Shown: positions 54,520 through 64,000 of the stretch, piece by piece | Position numbering within the stretch: the first letter of the stretch is position 1 | How the letters are laid out: each line of letters starts with the position of its first letter | Assembly: GCA_964016885.1 (NCBI GenBank) | Contig: OZ024751.1 | Location: 50,158,001-50,222,000, forward strand | Origin: Eledone cirrhosa | Lineage: Eukaryota | Reading direction: 5' to 3' | DNA: 64,000 bases | Position numbers and translations under genes: made by a program | Notes under the pieces: model-generated | Databases searched by the model: none | Seen by the model: only the letters and a program-made list of their open reading frames with translations | Told to the model about the DNA's origin: nothing

Positions 54520-56886
54520 TATAAGATGGGTAATATCTATCCTACGAGGTTACCCTTTAATAAAAGAGTTTGCATACCACAACAAATAGATGACGAGACG
54601 GAGGCACAGTTCACCATAGCTAGAAATAAGATTAGACAAGTAGTAGACAGGTACACTATGAGACAGAGCAGACCAGAGGCCCAACAACTTGGGATAAAAC
54701 CTGTAGAAGGCTTGGTTAGCCTCAAGCAGCGCACAAGGGATGGTGAGGTAGTGTGTCTACCCACAGATAAGTCTGGTAGGATGTCAATAGATAGCATGCC
54801 GAACTACATCGAGGCAATGCAACCCCACATCACCAACACGAGCGAAGTTGCACAACTAACACACGATGGGAGAGAAAAAATCCTCAACGCTCACATGATG
54901 ATGTGGACTGACATCCTAAAGCCAAGCAGACGCACTGCCAACAACTTCCAGGCGTCTAACAATGGCATACCACCCTTGTATGGGCTCCGCAAAGACCACA
55001 AGACAGTCGACGACCCGACAATAGGACCACCAACAAGACCTGTATGCGGAGCTAATATAGCTAGCAACTACAGGATCTCCTACTTCCTCTCAATGGTTAT
55101 ACGCCCCATAATCAAGATGTCCCCAGATGTATGTGAAAGTACAGAGGACCTCCTCAGCAGAATCAGTGAGTGCAACAAAAACAGGAGCCTATCCAACTGC
55201 ATAATAGGCAGCATGGATGTGGTGTCACTGTACCCATCCATTAACATTGATTTTGCTGTGAAAAGATGTGTGGAGATGATCATTGAGAGTGAGGTGGAGT
55301 TCTGCGACGTCGACACAGACGAACTGGGCCTCCTACTTAGACTTACCTACGACACTGACTACCTAGACAGCCATGACCTTAGATGTTTCTGCCCTAGTAG
55401 ACCTATAAGAGGTAGACCCCCCACCATAACCTCAATGGCTAAAAAGACTCCCATAGGAAGGTGGATTGGGTGGACCAAAGCTATACGGACCCCCCAAAAC
55501 ACTGATCAGGTAAGAAAAATGGTCGCACATGCAATAGGGGCTAGTATCAAAACTACCCTAAAGGGCCACATATTTAAGTTCAATGAGAAAATCTACACCC
55601 AAAATGAGGGAGCAGCCATCGGCGTCAGCATAGCTGGCGATGTTGCCAACCTTTTCATGGTATGGTGGGAAAGGAGACTTAAAGATCTCCTTAATGAAGG
55701 CTCCATAGACCTCATCATGTACTCTCGTTATGTAGACGATATCAATATAGTTATAAGAACACCCCCACTAGAGAGCACTAACAAGTTTGATTTAGAACGT
55801 AGCACGATGGAAAGCATCCAGCAGATAGCTAATTCCATACACCAGAGTATAACTGTAACTATAGACTTCCCTTCCAAACACCCTAACAATAGACTACCTG
55901 TATTAGACACAGAACTCTGGATTAACACTATAGACGAGAGAGCCCAAATTCTCCACTCACACTATGCTAAACCCATGGCCTCCAAATACCTGATACTCAA
56001 AAACTCAGCAATGTCCAGTAGTGCTAAGTTTAATATTCTGATCGCAGATTTGGTACGAGTGATGAAGAATGTGTCCAGCATGTGCGACCCAACAGAAATG
56101 GAAGGACACATCCAACACTTCATCAACCGCATGCAGTTCTCTGGCTACAACCAAAGAGACAGAGTCAGAGTATACGAAGGAGCCATGGAAAAGTATAAGA
56201 CCCTCATAGAACTGGACATGAAAGGAATTTGCCCACTATACAGGAGCAAATCATGGAATAGCTTAGATAGGGCTAGACATAAGATAGGGAAGGCCACATC
56301 ATGGTACGACAACCAGAGATATCAGAGTGTCATGTTTGTGGACGCCACCCCTGGAGGGAAATTAGCTAACCAGTGTAGAAAGGCCCTGAGAAAGACCCAC
56401 TTAAAAATAAAGGTGGTAGAAAAGCCAGGAACCACCATAAAATCCCTGATCAGCAAAACCTACCCTTTTAAGAAAACCCACTGTACCAATAGGAAATGTA
56501 TCATATGTAAGGTGAACCCCCGGATAAACTGTAAAACTAGAAACGTAGTCTATAGCATAAGATGTACAGAGGGTACTTGCAGAAACACGACAACAACATA
56601 CATAGGTGAGACAGCTCGTAGCATAGGTGAAAGGATAGACCAACACTGGGGGGAACTAAAAGGACGAAAAAACGGGTCAGTACTATACGAACATGCTAGA
56701 CAACATCATGACGGTAACATAGACAACATAGAAATTAGAATAATATCTAAACATAGGAATGACCCAGCAGATAGGCAAATCAGAGAGGCCAGTGAAATAG
56801 AAATTAGAAGACCAAAGCTAAACAGAAAGAATGAGTGGAACAACAACAACACCCAAACAAACAACACTGACCTAAGAGAAGTATAA
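54520..56886 (+). CDS. Second, more truncated copy of the same RT-GIY-YIG ORF
   Basis: Translation is identical to the minus copy from YKMGNIYP onward. The first five residues in the track (TTG start at 54505) come from spacer sequence. Confidence 0.9.
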   Translation, partial: YKMGNIYPTRLPFNKRVCIPQQIDDETEAQFTIARNKIRQVVDRYTMRQSRPEAQQLGIKPVEGLVSLKQRTRDGEVVCLPTDKSGRMSIDSMPNYIEAMQPHITNTSEVAQLTHDGREKILNAHMMMWTDILKPSRRTANNFQASNNGIPPLYGLRKDHKTVDDPTIGPPTRPVCGANIASNYRISYFLSMVIRPIIKMSPDVCESTEDLLSRISECNKNRSLSNCIIGSMDVVSLYPSINIDFAVKRCVEMIIESEVEFCDVDTDELGLLLRLTYDTDYLDSHDLRCFCPSRPIRGRPPTITSMAKKTPIGRWIGWTKAIRTPQNTDQVRKMVAHAIGASIKTTLKGHIFKFNEKIYTQNEGAAIGVSIAGDVANLFMVWWERRLKDLLNEGSIDLIMYSRYVDDINIVIRTPPLESTNKFDLERSTMESIQQIANSIHQSITVTIDFPSKHPNNRLPVLDTELWINTIDERAQILHSHYAKPMASKYLILKNSAMSSSAKFNILIADLVRVMKNVSSMCDPTEMEGHIQHFINRMQFSGYNQRDRVRVYEGAMEKYKTLIELDMKGICPLYRSKSWNSLDRARHKIGKATSWYDNQRYQSVMFVDATPGGKLANQCRKALRKTHLKIKVVEKPGTTIKSLISKTYPFKKTHCTNRKCIICKVNPRINCKTRNVVYSIRCTEGTCRNTTTTYIGETARSIGERIDQHWGELKGRKNGSVLYEHARQHHDGNIDNIEIRIISKHRNDPADRQIREASEIEIRRPKLNRKNEWNNNNTQTNNTDLREV

Positions 56887-57162
56887 ATAAATAAGTAAAT
56901 TAAATTAAATAAAATAAGATAAATAAATACATACACAAGCACATAAACACACACTAGTCACCCAGCAGACAACACTATACACACTAGTCACACATCACAC
57001 ATCACACATAACACTATACACACACGCAAACGCATGCGCAAAGAAGACAAAATAAAATAAGATAAACAAACAAGCAAATAAATAAATAAATATATAGACA
57101 GACTGAACAAAAAAATGGCGTAGACATACAACACAACAGGAGGAACAATGAATATAACACCA

Positions 57163-57190
57163 CTGACGATGTTGCAGATGTGCAACGAAA
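57163..57190 (+). ncRNA. Hammerhead-like core in the family A pseudo-LTR (also in the 1543, 36465 and 51086 arms)
   Basis: CTGACGA t GTTGCA gatg TGCAAC GAAA is invariant in all copies. I could not identify a convincing stem I. Confidence 0.5.
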
Positions 57191-57403
57191 GATTTATGTA
57201 AACTATATATATAAGTGTTTGTCTATATTGTATCTGTATTATTTTTGACCGCCGGTCAGTCAATGGCAACATTGAGGACCGAGTAAGTTAGATCGCAGAT
57301 ATATATATATAAAAGACAGCGAGAAGCGAAAACCAACCAAACAGTGAGTGTGTTCTGTTATTAATTCTGGCAATATTACGCAAATATGACCCTCCCCAAA
57401 TAT

Positions 57404-57452
<49 letters not shown>

Positions 57453-57454
57453 AT

Positions 57455-57502
<48 letters not shown>

Positions 57503-57928
57503 CATGTGTATATAATATATATATATATATATATATAAGGGCATACTGCGTTTCGGGTGATCTACTGGTTTTTAGCACTACATTTAGCCAATGTCCGGAA
57601 TGAGGCCAGCCTAGTGAGAGAGATGATCTTTATTTATTTAATTGATTCAGTGACGGTATGATGTGAAAGTCTTTTGTCATTCAGTGTGTCTGATAAACTG
57701 AACGACCAGCTCATGAATTATTAGTCTGTAATTAGTTAAGAATTCCACAGACACGTGCACCTTTAAAGGAATTGCCATGCAAAAATCAATGTATTGTACG
57801 TGTGCGTGTGTTGGTGCCTTGTTCCTCTGTATTGGCAGTGTAGTATGTTCGTATGGTGGAATGCTACTGTGTGTGTGTGCGTGTGTTGTTGTCTCGCTTG
57901 TGTGTGTGTGCGTGTGTTGCTGCAGCAA

Positions 57929-58004
57929 TGGATTGTACGTGTAATTCAAAGGTCCCTTCTTGTCACATGACAAGAAGGGACCTTTGAATTACACGTACAA
58001 TCCA
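57929..58004. repeat. Perfect ~37-bp-arm palindrome next to a family C 3' UTR fragment (57797-57926)
   Basis: tggattgtacgtgtaattcaaaggtcccttcttgtca ca tgacaagaagggacctttgaattacacgtacaatcca. Confidence 0.92.
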
Positions 58005-58872
58005 TCAAACAGACTTCCACACTGTTTCTGTTTACCAGATTTCATTCACAATTCACATGCTTGAGTCAACTCATGTATATAGTAAAGAAAGTCGTGAAGA
58101 TATATTCAAATTGACTTTGACTGCATAACCCTGACTGGTGGTGCTGGTGGTGTTGCTGGTGTGGTGGTGTTTGTAATGGTGGTATTGGTGGTGTTGCTTG
58201 TGTTAATGTTGCTGATGAGGTGGGGTGGGGTGATGTTGGTGGGGGAGATCCAGATTGCCACGTAGAGAGATCAAACTCAGAACCTCATGATTGTAAAGTG
58301 AACTTAGTAATCATTCACCCACGTCAACGCTAACGCCAACAATATTTCATTAGTTTCAATGTGGCGAGGTGGACAGGTGGAAATTATGAAATAGCTGTCA
58401 TCTTGAATGTTCCTTTACCAATATTTTCTTTTCACATGATCTTTATTTTGACAAATGGATGGAAAAAACACTTTATTGTATTTATTTGTCATTGTCATTT
58501 TTCGTCTTGTGCTTTTTTTTTTTTTTTTTCAAGAATCTACTTCAAGACAAAAATATCAATGTATTTGCATTTTGCGCTAGTTTCAAAATATTTTTATTTA
58601 CTTTGGCTCACAATGATCAGACGTTTGCGCATTGGATTGCCTAAAATCCCGTTGCTAAGACGACCTTCCCGAAAGTAAATATCTGAATCGATATAGTATG
58701 TGTGTTATCAGAAAGATTATAGCTAAAAGCAACTAGAAAACTATACGGACGGAGTCTGGTGTGTACGTTTTTAATATAGAACTTACAGCGCAAATAGATT
58801 ATTGACCAACAATACAAACACATGAAGACGTATATGCACATGCAATGACATATATATATATATATATATATA

Positions 58873-59113
58873 TTAGAAAGTGAGTTTTTTTTTTTGGGGG
58901 GGGGGGTACAAAATGAAAAATAACCGAGGTGTCCTACACGAGTGAAAGTATAAAAAAAAACATGAAATCGAAAATGCAGCTGGAGTCAGACCCTCCATCT
59001 CAACACTACTTTTAAAAAGCAGAAGTACTGCGAAACCGGTAAAGGAACCAAATAAATATATATATATTTTTTTAAATAAGACTCCAGCTGCATTTTCGAT
59101 TTCATCTTTTTTT

Positions 59114-59120
<7 letters not shown>
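58873..59120. mobile_element. Fold-back element, family E, asymmetric copy with an HHR 3' half
   Basis: Same tail and arm ends as 27183; contains gcag aagta ctgc GAAA ccgg TA. Confidence 0.78.
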
Positions 59121-59149
<29 letters not shown>

Positions 59150-59401
59150 AAACGCCCATATACAATAAAACCTCATATACATATATATATACATATGTGT
59201 ACTTGAGTCTATGTCAATACATACATAAATGTATGCAGACACATACGTAAATACTAATCACACACGCAGCCATAAAATTACTAATAATACACACATTCAC
59301 ACTCACACACATACTTAAAACTATATATATATATGTGTGTGTGTATCTATATATACATATATATACCTATTGATTCATATATATATCTATATAAATATAT
59401 A

Positions 59402-59493
<92 letters not shown>

Positions 59494-59798
59494 CTATTGA
59501 TTCATTCACATACTTATGCACAAATCCTTCGAACTTTCTTGTACCAAACAAAAACATCTTGACACTTGGTGACCGTCTCCTATTGTACGAAAGAACGTTT
59601 AAATACATCTCAAAGACATTTTATATATAAATACATATACCCTGTCAGGCATATATATATATATATGTGTGTGTGTGTGAGTGTGGGTGTGTGCATACGT
59701 ACGCATGTGTCAGTGTGTGTGTGCTCGTACAAGTGTGTATTGTCAAAAACATACACATCCATATATAGCGTCAAAATCATCATCATCATCATCATCGA

Positions 59799-59824
59799 TT
59801 GCCGTGCGTTTTCTCTGCCACCAC

Positions 59825-59861
<37 letters not shown>

Positions 59862-60039
59862 GATTGCCGTCCGTTTTCTCTGCCAGTGGGTGTTTAAAAT
59901 ACCATTGCACTTGAAACTTTCAAACGGAATGAGCACTTAAAATGTAAAAGCACGGGGTAGAATTTAATTTCTCAAAAGAAACGAGGCAGTACTTTCGAAG
60001 TTTCAACTGTGGTGCACGCCCACATATATACACACACAC

Positions 60040-60111
<72 letters not shown>

Positions 60112-60292
60112 TTCTTTTGATAAATTAAATTCTACCCCGTGCTTTTACATTTTAAGTGCTCATTCCGTTTGAAAGTTTCAAGTGCCATCGTATTTTAAAC
60201 ACCCACTGGCAGAGAAAACGGACGGAAATCGATGATGATGATGATGGTGGTGGTGGTGGTGGTGGTGATGACGACGATGACGATGATGATGC

Positions 60293-60323
<31 letters not shown>

Positions 60324-60341
60324 GGCAGAGAAAACGGACGG

Positions 60342-60344
<3 letters not shown>
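59799..60344. repeat. Inverted repeat with a (TA)n tract in the centre
   Basis: 59799-59981 pairs with 60111-60344 (the arms differ in CAT/CAC repeat length); ~42 unique nt then CA/TA in the middle. Confidence 0.88.
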
Positions 60345-60406
<62 letters not shown>

Positions 60407-60409
<3 letters not shown>

Positions 60410-60531
60410 AATAAGGGCGCTGCGGAGTTGCAAATGGGTTACATATGAAAAAAGTTTGTCCTTCATCAGTGATCTTCCAAATGCCTATGATAGTTGGAAG
60501 ATCACTGATGAAGGACAAACTTTTTTCATAT
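60407..60531. mobile_element. Small fold-back element (~45-nt tail plus ~30-bp arms) in (TA)n
   Basis: atatgaaaaaagtttgtccttcatcagtgatcttccaa / ttggaagatcactgatgaaggacaaacttttttcatat. Confidence 0.8.
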
Positions 60532-60622
60532 ATATATATATATATATATAGTAATAATAATAAATGTGAAGACTAAAATCCAAACCAGCGATTCTTTGCT
60601 TAAACTTTTATCTGTTATTTTA

Positions 60623-60739
<117 letters not shown>

Positions 60740-61340
60740 TATATTTATACGTATCTATACGGAGATGGTGTAAAGAATTTACAATGTTTTGTTTGCCTTT
60801 AAGATAGATGTAATTTAACTATAGCGTCATCTTGAAAGTCTTTGATGTTAGCTGATAAGACATTCTTGCAAGCTGGGCCTATACTCATCGTTTGTGTGAG
60901 TTCATTCATACAGAACATCTATAAGCCTTTGGCTTGAACAAAATATCAAAGAATGTACAAATGAAGCAACCTCTGCGTCAGGAACGTGAATAAGAGAGGA
61001 GAAAGAGCAAAGGAAATGAAGAAGACCTCAATGGCAGAGAGTACGTAGGAGTGAAAAAGTGGCAAAGAGAAATAGAAGGAGGAAGCAACGAAACATAGAG
61101 AGAGGGAGAGAAAGAGGGGGATGAGTGAGGAAGAGGCAGAGAGAAACGAAGTAGAAAAAAGGGGTCCTTTACACACAGAGAAATAGAGTGAGCGAGATGA
61201 GAAGAAATGAAAAGAGGCACAAAGAGAGAACAAGAGAGAGAAGAAAGAGAGGGGAAAGTCAGAATTACAAGAGGGATTGAGAGAGGGATGAGGAGTGATT
61301 AGAATTTGTAGATATATGTGTGTGAGTGTATGTATGTGTA

Positions 61341-61419
<79 letters not shown>

Positions 61420-62471
61420 TCTATCTTTATTTTCCCCTAAGTGTTGAAATATTAGTCCGCCTCATAGTCCTGACGGACAGAATTCTGAAGCCCCTGCCTG
61501 AGAGGATGGCATGGGAGACATACTATGTAAACTAAAATCCGAAAGACATACAGAAGAGCGAGCATAAACGTTGTAGTTTGATATGCTAGTGCAATCGACC
61601 TCAAAACTCATTATATCGCCTTAAAGAAAATCAAATAAGCGGCACTATTGATGTTGCAATCCTAGATATATTATGTATACTAGCAGAAAACCCACCCGAA
61701 GGGTGGTTTTCTGCTAGCATGTGTAGTGTGTATATTGATATTATACGCAGGTATATATACATGTAGATATGATACATCAAATAAAATCGTAATTGACAAT
61801 ATATAATACATAGAAATTGAACGAAGATTGCGTTACACTGTCTTGTTTGATCAGTAACGTAATCCATGATACATTAAAAAAGACAATATTATATATAAAC
61901 TGCATTAGGAGAAAATTAGTGACAGAAATATATGAATATTTATTTAAACGATCGCTAACCGGAAGTGTTGACATTTGAAAATGTTAAAGAAGTGAATCTT
62001 TAAATAAGTAATAAAATATATTTAATAAACAGCTACGAAATTTAGTAGATAAATTATGTAATATTCATTCATTATTTATTCAAAGTAATCCAACTTATTT
62101 TACTAAGGGGATCAAAAATTATAAACCGTACGCAGTCCCGCGCTTCTTACTTTATTATAGTTTAGATTTTTTTTAAAATTGGGATGTTTAATGCTAGAAG
62201 GCTTTGGCTAAGGAATGGGCCAAGTAGTTATAGGTGGTTGAAGATTAACAAGGATATAAGCTATGATACTCTTAAGTTTCGTTGGCCAAGAACAAGAAAG
62301 TAAAAACTATTTTAAAATATTGGGTTGTAACATAAATTCCCGCCGTTGTTATTATTTGTTTAATAACAAAAACGGTGGGAATTTATGTTATAACCTAATA
62401 TATTTATATTACTGAACACCACAAGGATATGGTCCGAACGTGGAAGAGCCGAACTCCCACTGTCATCGCCT

Positions 62472-62783
62472 CTATCTCTCTCGCCCTCCCCATCTCTCTG
62501 TATGGTGGGCAAATAGGGTCCCACGTGCTGGCCTCCCCACAGTCCCGGCGGACAGAATGGAGAAGGTGTTTCCCTGGAGGATGATAAGAGAGATGCGCTG
62601 GAAGAGCCATTCCAACTCGCGATGCTCACACCTGGCCAGCTCAGCGCCTATGGTGGGGAGTAGGGAGGTATTCCTAGAGCCAAGGACACCAGAAGTCTCC
62701 ACTGCCAAGGGCACGATCGCAAACCTGTCGGAGAGCGACCAGTAGTTGGAGAGTTTGGCCTCCTCAGCCCGACGTGTAGCAGA
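62472..62783 (-). pseudogene. C-terminal restriction-like endonuclease region of a CRE-clade non-LTR retrotransposon
   Basis: AEEAKLSNY.SL..RFAIVPLAVETSGVLG..EWLFQRISLIILQGNTFSIL resembles the recalled CRE pattern AE..K..KY..L...F.P.A.ET.G..G ... L.QRIS..IQRGNA. GC-rich island. Confidence 0.72.
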
Positions 62784-63863
62784 TATACCTATATTTCATC
62801 TGAGATCAACTGGGGTTAAACAATTACCACAAATTAACAACCGTAGCCACAAGCCCTTTTGATGCATTCCCCTTTGATTTCGATAATATATATTCACTTA
62901 TTTGGCCAGCTAAACATTTGACTCATTCAATTCTTAAACCAATAGAAATTAGTATTGGTGCTCTGAAATAGCGATGTATATATGAATGTATGTATAGTAT
63001 ATTTGATAATATACGTTATGTTTATTTAAAAACATTTAGAAGACCAATCTCTATGAATTTTAAAGTAGTGACTACGTGATGTACTTCGTCTTGGCAAAAA
63101 CAAAGCGGAGTAATGGACGTTAGTACCGTTTCTCACTTGTAAGTGGTTGTCAAGACTACACACCCCTTCGCTTCTGCCGAAATAAACATACAGTATATTA
63201 TCAAATATACTATACGTACATTTTTAAACCAACGTATTTCAACTAACAAAGCGATAGTGTCAGATTATGATACACGATTTAGTAGAGTTGTTTCTTCAGT
63301 TCAATAGACAAAGTGTCAATTTGCTTGTGTGTGTGAGTATGTGTGTGTGCGTGCGTATGTGTGTAAGTGTGTGTGTAAGTATGTATGTAAGTGTGTGTGT
63401 ATGTATGTTATCGCTTTATTCTTTATTATCATTTTCCACTTACCCACAACGCAACGAACGAAAGCAACAAGGACCGTTTCCCTCATGATTTCAAACACTC
63501 TCAGCAAAACACAACCGATCGGAAAGTTAGATTCTCTGTCGCCCTACGGCAATTGAATTTACCAAACATTGCTATTTGAAATGTTGTCCTAATCATACAC
63601 GCATTTACTTCTATTACTTTTTTGGCTAGTAACACAGCTAGAAATAGAAACATTATTACAAGATTATGGAGAATATAAATTATGAATAAAATGATTTATT
63701 GCTCTTTCCTTTATATTCATTTTCATTTCATTGTTATTAATATTTTTATTACAAGCAATCCAAGCATAATAATAATCTTGACTTGGTCATCTGTTGTTCA
63801 ATACTGTCTCAAAGAGTTCAAATAAATAGGTTCCTGGATGGATTTGGAATCGAAATATTCTAC

Positions 63864-63906
<43 letters not shown>

Positions 63907-64000
63907 TATTTTCCGTTGTGTTGTAATATAAATATTACACACAGTAGATTATCAGCTCACGTAGAGTTTGCTCGACGGTTCCAGTTGTAGTTCCAAAAGT

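Larger units (their letters stand above)
51031..57411. mobile_element. Head-to-head inverted pair of PLE family A in (TA)n
   Basis: 51086-53978 is the reverse complement of 54519-57411. 540-nt spacer; 55-nt tail (51031-51085) on the left only. Confidence 0.96.

Overview
This is AT-rich animal genomic DNA dense in (TA)n, (CA)n, (GA)n and (AAT)n microsatellites. The SINE families and repeat landscape look cephalopod (Octopus-like), which is an inference. The only host coding sequence I can support is the terminal exon of a synaptotagmin-like gene (C2B domain, minus strand, 9387-9715); everything to its right is probably one very long intron. That region is dominated by Penelope-like retroelements (PLEs) inserted in (TA)n tracts. 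Family A is a recent 6.4-kb head-to-head inverted pair (51031-57411) whose RT has an extra ~70 aa between motifs A and B' and an Asn-rich N-terminal tract. Family B is a near full-length Neptune-like element (41036-46186) with a separate ORF1 that meets the RT frame at a candidate -1 frameshift site. Family C is a rearranged Nematis-like copy (48811-50735). The most striking signal is about 20 short non-coding fold-back insertions from about 10 unrelated families, most sharing one architecture: (TA)n, a unique 40-130 nt tail, inverted arms, (TA)n. Many carry complete or partial type I hammerhead ribozymes (HHRs), and the fold-back point often sits in or next to the ribozyme. Also present are tRNA-derived SINEs, a piggyBac-type MITE, RTE and CRE relics, and minisatellites. 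Almost all other ORFs in the track are microsatellite artefacts.
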